DNA from: Negaprion brevirostris | Lineage: Eukaryota | Direction: 5' to 3' | NCBI GenBank assembly: GCA_030324005.1 | Contig: JARDVH010000163.1 | Coordinates: forward strand, 93,785,642-93,849,641 | DNA: 64,000 nt | Shown here: one piece after another, positions 12,094 through 24,370 of the stretch | Position numbering within the stretch: position 1 is the first letter of the stretch | How the letters are laid out: the number at the start of each line of letters is the position of its first letter | Notes under the pieces: model-generated | Told to the model about the DNA's origin: nothing | Seen by the model: only the letters and a program-made list of their open reading frames with translations | The model's database searches: none | Program-made: the position numbers and the translations under genes

Positions 12094-15000
12094 CCCCTTC
12101 CATCTTTGGATCAGGGAAGCTATTTGTAAACCTCTCATGGGTGTTTCAGCTAACGTGCCATCTTTGGATAAGACTGCTATAGATTGGCAGTCTTTTTATT
12201 ATTCAGAACTACACTAGATAGTGCATATGCACATGAAACTATCAACTGACATTTTTTTCTCTACATATTATGATTGCTACTATTTATTTTGATTCAGGAT
12301 ATTTTTGCAATACTGCATTTCATTAACCCCTATGCATTGAGGGAATGTGTGAGGGAAGTAGGTGGTAATGACTGTACAAGCAAGCCAATATTTTGGTAAT
12401 GTAGCTAAATAAACATTTTTAAAAAGCTCCAAATCTTCAAGCTGTTTTAGAATCCCAACAATTAACTTCTTAAATTGGAGTGACAGTCTCCGCCTTTGGT
12501 TTCAACCTGTTGAGTCCACCCTCCGTTTCAAAAGACAGTCCACATACATGTCCATTCTTGCTTAATAGGTTACAAAATCAGTGCGCAGTATCTACATTAT
12601 GTGCTCTGTTTTCATGTCATTAATGCNNNNNNNNNNNNNNNNNNNNNNNNNNNNNNNNNNNNNNNNNNNNNNNNNNNNNNGTATGTTTGTTTGGGCAGTG
12701 CCATTCAGCTTTCCCCATGCAAAATGGAGAGCAAGCTTCCACCAGCAGCTACTCAGAGAGCAATGTGACATATGGTTATCTTGTTTTATAGAGAATAATT
12801 TGCAAATTATTGTATATTTCTAACCACAAAGCACAGGATTATTATTAAAACATAATAAATTTAATGTTGATTGTTTCTGAAAGGTACATTCTGATAGGTA
12901 CATTACAAAGAGTAAGCTTTGCTTGGTTACCTCGTGTGCTGCATTTATGCTGAGTAGGACTGCCCGATCATTTCAAAAAATGTGTTTCTAATGTCAACAG
13001 ATTTGGCCTTTTTTATGTGTAGGAACTTGGGCTGTTTGGTCTCTCCTTGACCTTCATTAATGTACGTCCATTGTGACCATACGTGCACAGATAATGACTC
13101 TGTTTGTGTGTCCCTACAGTGCAACGATTAAGTGAAGGTAGATGTTCCTTGGATGTAGCTGTCAGCTTGAAATTCAGTGACAGTTTACAGTGTACTGCCT
13201 CTGAATTGCTGTTGATTTGAAACCTACCCCTGAAGTGGGGTGACTTTGAAACTCCAAATTTGAAGAGTTTATACTCAGTGCCAAAAATATGCCGATAGGG
13301 ATATTGGCTTAGTTCTGTTAACTTGACAGGGCAAACTGGGTATAAGTCAGAAGAACAAATTAGGAAGGGGTTTTTATGCCTGTTCTCAATCATGTCACCA
13401 AAAGATTGCGATCATTCAGGCACTGCCCACTGCTGTTAAAAACATACAGCTCTGTGTCAGCATGCACCAGATGTTGTAGTCATACTTGTGTGTGACTAAT
13501 CCTGCAGTCAATCTGAAATGTACCACTCCTCTTTCATAATGTGCAGTCAAAGCAAATTTGTAAAGATCTTATTACTTGAATGAATATTACAGACATTTCA
13601 TGCTGTACTCTAATGAATAAGATGTTGCTTAGCTTTGTTTTGTTTTGGAGTGAAAGAGTTTTCTCTGGACCTAAAAAAAAAAGCTCCAGTGTCAGTTATG
13701 ATTAGGGATTTGGGGATTCATATTTTGATGCTAACGTGACAGGCTGTGGTTGAGTTGTTGAAAATGTGAAAGTGCCTGATACAAAGGAGGTTATAGATAC
13801 CAGCGATGGCCTCACTGAGTTGATGTTTTACAGAATACTAGGCCCAGTGAAACCCACTTCAAAAGAAGTATTGGTTTTAAAAAGGATGTGTGCTACTCAG
13901 GTCACGGTGGTCTGCAAGATTACTGTGCTGCGTCTTTCACATGCGAGGGACTTAGTTAGAATGAAATCACTGCTGTCATTTCATTATGAATCCACAGTCT
14001 TGTTATATTGCTTTATATAGCCTAAGTTGCAAAACATTATTTGGATGACACAGTAGAAATAATGAAGCTGATTGTTCTTTAAGTGTTTTACAGCAACAAC
14101 AGTAAGTGAATGTTAAGTAAATGATGCAGTTTATTTCCTTACATTTCCATTCCAGCTTGCTGTAGGAAAGCTGCCAGATTTAAATAAGTGGTACCCAGAT
14201 GGTATTCTTATGCATCTGAGTTGGTACAGAATCTGTGAGGGAATAACTATGCTGCCACAACAGCTCCTACATGCTGTAGGTCAATTGAGGGGAATGCCTG
14301 TTGCTTCTGTGTTTTGCATATGTAAATCTGTTCTGTTTTGTCATTTTAATAAACACAAGAAGCTGCTTTCTCTAGGGGCTGTAAATGAATTTGGAATGCA
14401 GCCCAGTTAATGAGGAGTTAGCAGAGGTGTTGTGGTTTGTGAAATGCTGCCACAGCTTGCTTCCTCTGTGCGAACACATTGCTTCCTGGATGCTCTCATT
14501 TTCTGTCCCATACACACACACACAGCTCAAAGTTGTATTGAGGAAGTTACATTGATAGGCTGCTTCTAAATGGCATAAACAGAGAGGTTAACAAGTAGAA
14601 GGTTGCAGAAAGTGATTTTTTTTTTCATAGGGCAGGGTGGAATACAGTGCTTTGGACAGGCTTCTGCCACACTTCTCCGCTCTCAGTCTCATCAGCTGCA
14701 GATGTGGCTAGCAGCCGTCTCAGTGAAGTTGTGAACTGTGTCGTCTGTGGGGTTTAACAGCCAACATCTGCTGCAACAGTCTAATGGAAACTACAATGTG
14801 GAAATGATTTTTAAGAAAGGGGAATGAGGTCTGAGATCAAGTGATCCAGCTTGCTTTGTCATTTTCCACATTTAACAGATTTTTGCAGGAACCTATTGCA
14901 TCATGCTCAACTATTACTGAACACAAGTTTTCATTTTGAATGTTTAATAAAGTATCTGAAACTTAAATTCAATTTTGCAGGGAATTTTGCATGTGTTACA

Positions 15001-17049
15001 TTTGATCTGATAGTTCTATGTGCCCCTGATGTCACATATCTGAGGGGTACAGTGATCCAATCAGCATTATTATTCGCATTGCTTCAAGCACATCTTTTTC
15101 TTTAAGGCATACTCATCTTGCAGAATTTTTTTCACTTATTACAAGTTATTTTATAATGTAAAGCCAGATAACTTGGGATTAATAAATACGATACTTTGGA
15201 GCAAACTTGTTTTTGTAATTCATTGGCTGTAAAGTACTTTGGGACATTCTGTGGTCATGAAAAGTGCTATGTATATATCCAAGTTTTTTTGTATTACTAT
15301 GTTTCAGCCCTTTGTTCATAAAACAGAATCTTTTGAGTTTGCCATTGTAGTAACAGCCCATTGATAAACTTTGAAGGTCATGTGGAACTTCTGAAGATGC
15401 AATATCTAGGAAAGTGTTTCAGTGTTTGAATGAATCTTTTGCTGAACAATTATGGCAGCAATTTTCTCATATACAAATTAAGAAATTGGAAAAATTGGGA
15501 GACAGACTTGTTTTAAAATCCAATATCACACTGAGGAAATTTGAGTGATATTTGTATTGACTGATCCATTAAATGTTTCTCACTATCAACTAAACTCGTT
15601 CTTTCGAACAGTTTAATGTGTAAGCTACTGTAAACATGTAAGAAATGTATTTTGATTTTAAATAAGATTTAAGTGTTAGGCAAATTATGAAGGACTTGCC
15701 TCTTCTATACTTGTAGGACTGGAAACAATGGGATAGATAAGGTGCTTAATTTTAGTAATACATTAGAACTGTGCCTGATGGTGCTGAGTTTGTTTTGTCC
15801 AGCATTATCATGCAGGTGATAAAAGGCCTCAGCATTTTATTGTTCAACCTGAAAAATGCCAAAATTAAATTATTTAATTGTTTGTTAGTGCAAGATACCA
15901 CTGGTGTGTAAAGAATGCTCAGATAAACTGAAAATATTGAAGTCAAAGTATGTTAATTGATTTCCTGTGTTTTCTTTTGACTTTGTTTTCTTTTGTACTG
16001 TGAATAAACCTCATAACATGAACTTTCTGTGGTTTGTTTCATTTCTTGGTCTGTACTACTTTCTGTCTTTTCTGTGTGTGCCTCACAAGCTGGATAAAGC
16101 TGCCATGACATTTTTTAAAAATCTGACAGAGCGACATATTAGAATTGAAGGTCTAGTATGTGTCCTTTTATAAATATTATTGTCTTGGTTTTCACATTTT
16201 GAACGATGCAACCTCCTTTTGTAAATTAAGTTGTTTAGTCTGCACCTATGCTTCTGTAATGAAACACATTTGGACTGTCAGTTGTGGGTGACTCCTATGA
16301 ATACTAAATTATTCGAAAGATAGATGTTTGTCGGGGCTTTTGAAACTGCAAATGATCACATTCCATTAAGTCAAAAATAGGACATACCTGAAACTACTAC
16401 AACCTGATTAGTTTCTGTTAACTATTTGAATGTTCCCTCTCTGCACATTTATTTTCTGTTTGTTGAATTAAAAATCAAATCAATTTTGCAAATATCTTTT
16501 GAATAATTTGTAATGAGTATTATTTTAGTACAGACCTTAGTGGGAAGAGGCTAATGCTGAAACAAACCATTTAGAGAGCCATGTTGATTGTGCAGTGTGT
16601 GGGAGAGAAATTAAATCCAAAGGTGGTATTTAAGGTTATAGTTCACTCCCTTTGCTTCTCTTTTATAGCAGACTTAGGATATTTTTCGCAATCAGGAAGA
16701 AAAGACTCTTCCTGGTGTATTCTGGGTTTTGAGAATCAGCCAGAGTAACTGAGGAATATGTAGCCGCAACATGTAATAACTATTAATCTGTCGTGAAACG
16801 AAGACATTCTTGTGTGAAGCTCTGAATAGCTATTTTAACTGGTAGGATGTTTAGGATGTTTATAATAGTTTGGCTACGATTCTAAATATTTAGTAAATTG
16901 TTTCAATAACAAGAAGAATATTGTGTGCAAGTAATGAAGTTACTGCAATAAGTAAGTATGTTAAAATGTCTTAAAATGGTTTGAATTCAAATAAATGAGT
17001 ACTTTTGTCAGCTTACTGGAAAAGGCTCAATAATAACTTATTTTTCCCT

Positions 17050-17680
17050 ACCTCACCTGGGAATAGTAATTGATACACAATTTGAATTCCATGGCACCAG
17101 CAGATCTCTTGATTCTTGACCAAAGTAGTCATTCATGCAGGAACATAAACCATAACATGCGTTGGATTGTGACATGCATCTAGTTTGATATTCATTCATG
17201 GAATCATAGAATCCCTGCAGTCCAGAAGAGGCCATTTGGCCTATCAAGTCTTACTGACTTTCTGACAGAGTATCTTACCCAGGCCCTCTCCTCTCCTCTA
17301 TCCCTGTAACCCCACCCATTTACCATGGCTAATCCATCTAACCTACACGTCTAGGGACACTAAGGAGCAGCTCAGCATGGCCAATCCACTTAAGTTGCAC
17401 GTTTTTGGACTGTGCGAGAAAACCAGAGTATCCTGAGGAAACCCATGCAGACACTTGGAGAATGTACAATCTTCACACAGTCACTCAAGGCCAGAATTGA
17501 TTCTATCAAAGTGGGTACTTTCCAGCATGGTAGACACTAATTGAGAGTAAGGAGCCCTGGCTAACTTCAGCCTTCAAAATCCATGGACAGTGAAGCCAAA
17601 GTTATTGGCTGGGGTCAGGTGATTATTAAATAGGGTTCTTTTGGGTCTAACATGTTGGTTGGTATATTTGCAGCCACCCC
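17050..17680 (-). mobile_element. AmnSINE2-like old SINE interrupted by HE1
   Basis: ttccatggcaccagcag...caaagtagtcattcatg lies left of the HE1, and actttccagc...ggagccctggctaacttc...ggacagtgaagccaa lies right of it. Both are collinear with the other copies. Confidence 0.55.
17197..17500 (-). mobile_element. HE1 V-SINE, 5' truncated
   Basis: Tail gaatcatagaatccctgcagtccagaagaggccatttggcc and V-domain gcatggccaatccac...gaggaaacccatgcagacac. Confidence 0.9.
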
Positions 17681-17889
17681 TTTGCAATGAAAACCAAATC
17701 GTATGCATCATCTATCTCTCGTTCAGATTCATGCTTCTCACATACCTCGCTCAAAGGGTTGTTCTTGAGAAGTTTTATCTAGTGATTATCAAGAGACTAT
17801 TCAGCTATGGGAGCAATCACAGATAAACTGTTATCAAGGCCACAGTTTTGAAATTTTCACAGATAAATGGATGGAATCATGATATTCAG

Positions 17890-18095
17890 GCCCCAAAACA
17901 CTGGCAAAAATCCCAGACTACCATTTTTGGAATCCCATGCAATAAAAATAGAATGTGACTTATTTGGTCACCATAAACCAGCATGCCTAATTATAAACAG
18001 ATGTAATTTTGGAATGTGATCCCAAAACACTGGTCAATATCCTGGAATTCAATGCATAAAAAGCTAAGTTTGACTCAGTCACTTTAAATCAGTGC
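17890..18095. repeat. Diverged local tandem duplication, about 130-bp period
   Basis: cccaaaacactggcaaaaatccc...ggaatcccatgcaataaaaa...gtcaccataaaccag versus cccaaaacactggtcaatatcct ggaattcaatgcataaaaag...gtcactttaaatcag. Confidence 0.7.
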
Positions 18096-18119
18096 CATTT
18101 GCTTGAACCTATCCCCACT

Positions 18120-18340
18120 GTCCGGCAGGTATCTTTGGGTACATTGAAGATGCATGATTGTTTTCACCCATTGTCTCCTCCTTTTAGTTTGGAGGTGTTC
18201 TTGCCAGTTTTAGTATCTTCAGTGTCTCTCTGAGATGAACTAACTCAGCATGAACTAACTAACAGGGGAGGAGTCAAATTTGGGATCTTCCTGATTGAAT
18301 ATAACTTAGTATGTCATAAGATGCATCAAGGAGACTACTG
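18120..18340 (-). mobile_element. AmnSINE2-like old SINE fragment
   Basis: ctgagatgaactaactcagca (18230-18250) followed by tgggatcttcctga. Confidence 0.6.
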
Positions 18341-18689
18341 AAAAAAATATTCAAAATACTTTCTGTTCCTTGGCAAAAGCATATGTTCAAGCACCTGATG
18401 GTTTTGGCATACTAAATGCTGTTTCATGGTGAAATTAATAAAGACATGTAAATCTGCCCATCCCTGTTACTGTTGAGAACCTCAGGAAAAAAAGACATAG
18501 GTTTTTCCTCAAATTCCTTTTTTTCCATTGTAGGATTTTGGACACTGAAGAGTTTATTAAATTCCTCTTTGAGTAATTTATTCATTTTAAATTTTTTTGA
18601 GGGAACTTTTGTGTTTGTCACACAGAATTCTGAAGAGATAACAGTTGACCCTGGAACTTGAGTTATTGGTTGAAGTGTAAAGTTGCTGA

Positions 18690-19000
18690 GAGGCTATGGT
18701 ATTGTTTTGTAAGCTCAAAACTCGTCTTGGAAAATTGTGTAATTGCAATTGATAATGAATTTGTGAATTTGTGGCCCTGAACCAGAAAATGACTCGTGAA
18801 AGCTGCTGATTTGTTGTTAAAATAAAAAGCCAACTGGTACACAGGTGCTTCAGGGAAGGGAACCTGCCAAGTTCAGTTTTTGTGTGACTCATGTCCCACA
18901 TTTGATGATTGACTCTTAATACCTTCAGGACAGCCAAAATTTAGACGGTAAATGCTGACTTGCTAGGGTGATCCACACTCAAAGAACAAATATAAAAATA
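18690..19000 (+). mobile_element. Old copy of the tRNA-SINE with a CR1-group LINE tail
   Basis: cttcagggaagggaacctgcc...gtgactc...gattgactcttaat...aaatgctgacttgctagggtgatccacac is collinear with 34450-34820 (-) and 51285-51505. Confidence 0.6.
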
Positions 19001-19032
19001 TAATCAAGAATGTCTTGGCACAGAGTAGAAAA

Positions 19033-19168
19033 TGGTGCATTGGCCATGCTAAATTCTCCCTTGGTGTACCTGAACAGGAGCCAGAGTATGGTGACTAGGG
19101 GATTTTCACAATAACTTCATTGCAATGTTAATGTATGTCTACTTGTGACACTAATAAATAAACTTAAA
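19033..19168 (+). mobile_element. 3' part of an HE1-related V-SINE with the alternative tail
   Basis: gcattggccatgctaaattctcccttggtgtacctgaacagg...aacttcattgcaatgttaatgta...acttgtgacactaataaataaac; same tail as 30386-30480 (-). Confidence 0.8.
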
Positions 19169-19449
19169 AAAATACTGTATACAATTGAATATTTCTTAAT
19201 TGTTAACATTTCAAACCTGTCACAGTGAAAGTGTATGCTTTGGTATAAGAGCAGCTGTTACTGTTTGGGGAAAGATTAGGGCATTATTCTTAAATATATC
19301 TAACAGCTGGTTACCACCTTTCCTGGAGGGAAAGGTAAAGGATGTCTTTTGGGTTTTGGGAATAAACCTATGTTAAGGGAAGACTGGTTCTAGATTCCTT
19401 TAATCAATGAATGAGCAATGATTTAAACATTAATGGCCATCCAAATGTA

Positions 19450-19565
19450 TTTTTTACTCATTCGTGGGATGAGTGCATTGCAGGTATGGCCAGTGTTATT
19501 TGCTTATCCTTAATTGAAGGTGCTGTGCATTGTCTTCTTGAACTTCTGCAGTCTGCATGGTGTTT
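19450..19565 (-). mobile_element. 3' end of a CR1-group LINE
   Basis: actcattcgtgggatgagtgcattgcaggtatggccagtgttatttgcttatccttaattg matches the tail at 31197-31280. Confidence 0.65.
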
Positions 19566-20959
19566 TGTAATTTGTACAACTAGACTCATTTTCTTTTGAG
19601 CCATTTCAAAAATGTGATTTTCATGGGATAAATTTTGCATGATAATGAAACATCTGAATGAAACTTAAAAAAACTTCATTGCAAAATACAAATTGGCAGA
19701 TAGGTTTGCCAGCTTTAATATTTGATATTTACTGTTGTTTGAGCATATAATTTTTGGCATGCAAGTTGAAAATTTGTGCTGGCCCTGTAACCGTTAAAGT
19801 TTAAAAAGGAACTCCAAAATTATATTTCAGTGGTTATTTCTGAAGTAAGTTAGATTGTGAAACTTCGTCAGCATCTGTTTTTATTGAGTAACACCACTTG
19901 TGTCGTTGAACAGGACTGAAGGACAACACAAGAATTTTTTTTGGATTAAACTTTGAAAAAAATCCAAGTTATGGCTATAGCATTCAACCATTACAGTAGG
20001 GCTGAGAAATTAGATTGAAAAGGCTTCAAATTTGTTGTTCAACAATTCATGTGAAATGATCTGAGCCTACAGTGTAGCAACTTTGAAAATGTGTTGTTGT
20101 AGATAGAAGGGCACCATTTTGGAAAGCTTGCGAATACTTCTCAAAAGCTTCAATTGCAAGTTAGCTGGATGAGCTGAGTTCATTGAAGCAGTGAAATTAA
20201 CACCTTTTAAGACTGTTGTTATTATAGATAGCTCAGTCCACTATCATTAATCCACAGATCTAGTGAGATGTCATGCATACACACTGCCATGTCATTTATA
20301 ATCCACATTATTATTGATTGTGGTGTGAATGACAATTTTATTTATCACATTGTATATGTTGTGTGACTGATAAGCCAATTGTGTATTCAATAATCCGGGC
20401 TTCAGTAGTGAAGTAAGGTTTTCGTGAATGCCATTTTTAGTCCCCTTCAAAATAACCAAGCTCAAATTTTAATATTTATTCTTAAACAGCTGGAACTGCG
20501 CTAACACCTACTAGTACAGGCTCTATCCTTCTCTTAGCCCACATATCTACCTCTGTGCTCCTTATACTTCATTGTGTGTCTTCTCGTTTTCCTTCATTGT
20601 GCATTAGTTTTTTTTCCTCTCTTTTATATATTTTCTCTTTTTTCATCAGATTTTCGGTCACACTGCATACATCACATTTTATTTCTTATTCTTTTTGTGT
20701 GACATGTCTTTATACGTCTTTTTTGTTCTTACGCATATAAGCCAACCTTATGAGAACAGTACTAATAATCAAGTGTCTGTGAATATGAAATTTTGCACCA
20801 GTACTTCACCATTCAGTATCAAATTAGTATCTGGCATACTAATGTGGAATTAATTTCTTCCAAGTTTGCAAGGACTGAGTGTATTTAAGGTCTGACTTAT
20901 ACACAGATTTGCTATATTAGTTATGTCTGTATGACCTCAGCTCACCCCCACCCATCAGG

Positions 20960-21260
20960 AGCCAATGTATAATAGATTATAGCAGTTGGCCTCCTCTGCC
21001 TCACTTAAAAGACCATTGTTGTGTAAACTTGCATAGAACATTTCAGTGAGCAGTTTGACCATGGGTTGTTGAAATTATATCCTCACTCTTACCAAGGGTC
21101 CATATGCATAAATCTATGAGTAAGCTTTGTTGGATTGTGATGAAGAATGGAATCCTGGATGATTTTTCACATCTAGTCCATGGTCTCTGAAGCCTGGCTG
21201 ACTTTAACCAGCTCTAATTGAACCTGACCCCTTCTTCACCTGCATGACACAGTAATACAA
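20960..21260 (-). mobile_element. AmnSINE2-like old SINE, very diverged
   Basis: gaccattgttgtgtaaacttgcatag, ggaatcctggatgatttttc and aattgaacctgaccccttctt occur in the expected order. Confidence 0.45.
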
Positions 21261-23900
21261 TGTTGTATATGTGACTGCTAGATCATATTATTTGTTGCCT
21301 GGTCGCAGGAGACTTTTCCACTGTGACAAGTTTTTTTTGCAGGACAGTTACAGGTTACAGGTAAAGCACCAATGTGCTTCTTTCCTTAGTAGGGTTGTTT
21401 TGGTGGTTCTTTTGTACTTTTTTAAGTTCTTGAAAGTTTGTTTGTGTTTCTTGCATTAATGGGTGCAGGTAAGTGCATGTTAAAAAAAATTGTGCACATA
21501 TTTATTTCAACAATATGGAGGGAGCAGTGACAGTTGCTCATTCATCATATTTAGCTTGTATCTTTTAGAATAGGAAACTCTCTTCCCTTTACTGAAAACA
21601 ACTTAAATGCTTTTACTTATACCAATCCATCTGCAAGATTAGTACATGTGTGCTTAAAGCCTAGGCATGTGAAGCCAGGAGACAAACTTCAAATTGCCAG
21701 CTATACACCTGCTTGCTATCATCACGAGTGTTTCAGTGTTGCTCAAGTTTGTTTTGGTATTGTTTCAGTCTCTGTAATGAATGATATTCACAGAAGAATG
21801 AGATTTCATTATGTTGCTCTACTAGAAAATAATCTGGTGTAAATCACAGGCAAATCCCATATATAGTGTGTAAGAAAATATTTATTGATGTGAATCGGTA
21901 ATCATTTCATGAATCACATTGTTCTTTAGATCTCAAACACACAGGTTAAATCTCCCCACGTGAATAGGTCAAGCCTTGGCAAATAGTATCCATTTAAGCA
22001 TTCTCAGTAGATTTTATCATTCATTCTAAATATTGAGTGTTTATATTTAGGGTTAGGCTGTTTCACAAGTTGCATACAATTGTCCAAAACCATTAATGTG
22101 TTATTTTCCAAAGCAGCATTATTGAAAAGATTGTTACCGAAATTTGTAGAGCATTTAGACCTAAAACATAGATCATAAAGCCTGAGTGGATTTGAAACTT
22201 AATGTTGCAAACCTTTGAAATCATTGAAAGTTGTCAGTATGTTTTGAAAATTCTCAAGAAGCAATGGTGCACGTTATCTGAAAACAAACTAAAAGTGTAG
22301 AATATGTAACATTGAGGATTGTATTCACAGTCCTTCTTTTAGCCATTCCCCATTCCCAGTTTTGAATTTGATGTATTATGGTTCATAGCAATGACCTTGC
22401 AGGAATGTACACGGACAAAGACTGTCACAACCGGACAACCAGACAAATAGACAAATGTAAGATGCCACACAGTTTCTTGCAGGTTATTTAAGGGATAAAT
22501 AATGGTACCTGTGGAATGTTCAAAGGACTAATCCCCAAGCAAGAAGGTAAAAGCAACAGCAGGTTTCCATTGACTGGAATATATGCCAGTCGTAGAGGCT
22601 CACTCAAGTCAAACCTATATAAGTTCATTGTTCAATAGTATATACTAAGCCATTGACAGTATATAGAATCTTTTACGAACAGTCAGAATCCCATAGGTTT
22701 GATTAAGTCAAATCTGACAGACTCAGTTTTCTTTTACATTTTTCAGCTCAGTCAAGGACATGGCAATCTTAAATCATTTGTACTGTCACAGTGCTACAGG
22801 AGCTAGAACACATGATGCAGTTATACAAGTTGAGTTTTTATGGAACCCTTTAAAAATCATCTGTGATGAGATCACTTTGGTTTTAATGTGCAGCAGTTTA
22901 TTTCCTGATAGTGTCATTTTCCACTTATGGTTAGAGTACTGAAGTTTTCACCACTCTGAGAAATTAAAGGATTTTTTATTTAGAAATTAATTGGGGATAG
23001 CAGTTTTATTTAAGTTAAAACATTCCACTCAATCCTTTTAATTTTATAATATTTACTGGCATTATTTTCTTCATATGAATTAAACTGACAGTGAAAAATC
23101 ACATACTTTCCTGAGTAATTTGTGTAATTACAGCATCAGATTGTACTTTGCAATGATTGGTTTGACTTGAAATGCATTGCAGTTGTGATAATTGTAATAA
23201 TTGGTGACCACCCAGTTAACAACAACTATTCATTAACTAATTCAAACTATGCACAGAGTGCTTCAGTATGAGTCTTCTCCTTTCAGTTCCATGGTCGATT
23301 CTGATGGTAAAAGCCTGTGCAAATCCTGGGGTTCACACACTCCTGCCCCATTGGGCTATTGGGTCACATGACTCTCCAGACACTCACCCTTTAAAGAGGC
23401 ACGCTACTACAGCAATCATGCAAGCCTGTAAATTATAGCTGGTCGTTTTAGCTAAACACATTTGCATGGCATTCCTTTGTCCACTAGTGGAGGCATTAAA
23501 CTGCTGTCTTGGCAATGTGACTGTGCATGTGTTTGATACATTTGTACGATATTCCTTTCTCTGCTATCTTATCAGAGTCATTAACCCATTTAATATAAAG
23601 AAATGCGGAATTTCTTTAAAAGATCAGACAGATGCGTGCCATCCTAATGTGTTAAACATGCATCCTTTATCCGGTGTAACAAAGGAGTGCTTCACCCCGG
23701 CCCTTTAACAAAACCTATTTGTTTTTCTTAATGCATGTTTAAAATTGCTGCTGGAAATGGGAGTTCACTAATCCCAACTGGGTCATGAGCACTTCTGCAC
23801 TGCCAACAGACACTTAAAACTTAACAATGAATCATTCCAGTTCTTCTGAACCCTAAGATCACCCCATCCCATAGTGATGCCTGTTCAAAGGATCTCCTTT

Positions 23901-24065
23901 TACTGTTAAATTCCAGGATGCCTACTCCAGTGCTAGTAACTTCCAAGGCCCCTAACATTTACTGTTGAAGCCCAAGACCCTTAGTGCTGCCAAACTGCAA
24001 GACTGTCCAGTGTGTTTAAACTCTTCTTATCCAGTACTGATAAATACCAGTTATTGAACTCCAAC
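23901..24065. repeat. Degenerate minisatellite of ~16-30-bp units, consensus near ccagtactgttaaactccaagaccc
   Basis: Successive units: tactgttaaattccagga / tgctagtaacttccaaggccc / tactgttgaagcccaagaccc / tgctgccaaactgcaagac / tgtgtttaaactc / tactgataaatacc / ttattgaactccaa. Confidence 0.6.
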
Positions 24066-24123
24066 TGATATACCAACTTGTTGTGTATTCTTAACTTTAA
24101 AACTGGCAAGAGCTATTCAAATA

Positions 24124-24370
24124 GGGAGGTCATGTGCACAATGGGCAGCTTCCCTGCCTCTCAGCCAAAAGCTTTGGGTTCAAGACCTATTGCAGGGCTT
24201 GATGGCCACTGTAGGTGCATTCTTAATGCAACCAAGCAGATTGGTTATCAACCATAAATCGTTTCAACACATATGGCAGGCAGTAAGAGCACAAGAAACT
24301 CCTGGTCAGACATTGCTTGATGCAGAGCGGTCTCTCAAGCTTTAACCTTTGATTTCAGGCTAGGAAAAAA
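24124..24370 (+). mobile_element. Old tRNA-derived SINE, family unassigned
   Basis: The tRNA-like head gggaggtcatgtgcacaatgggcagcttccctgcctctcagccaaaagctttgggttcaagacc has a B-box, and the element ends A-rich. Confidence 0.5.

Noticed and set aside
12170-12200. Hairpin aagactgcta-tagat-tggcagtctt followed by a T-run, resembling an intrinsic terminator
   Set aside because: The context is eukaryotic intron-like DNA, and such short hairpins are expected by chance.
13013-13393. 126-aa minus-strand ORF
   Set aside because: No recognisable domain, no convincing splice context, and a composition typical of a chance ORF.
16640-16750. Strong-looking splice acceptor ttctcttttatag followed by a possible exon
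   Set aside because: Stops occur in all frames within about 80 nt and there is no good donor. A non-coding exon cannot be excluded but is unsupported.
20555-20740. Pyrimidine/T-rich stretch giving a hydrophobic ORF
   Set aside because: Low-complexity sequence; the Phe/Leu/Ser richness is a by-product of T richness.
23901-24065. Repeat-spacer-like periodicity as a CRISPR array
   Set aside because: The units are degenerate and contiguous with no unique spacers, there are no cas genes, and the DNA is vertebrate.
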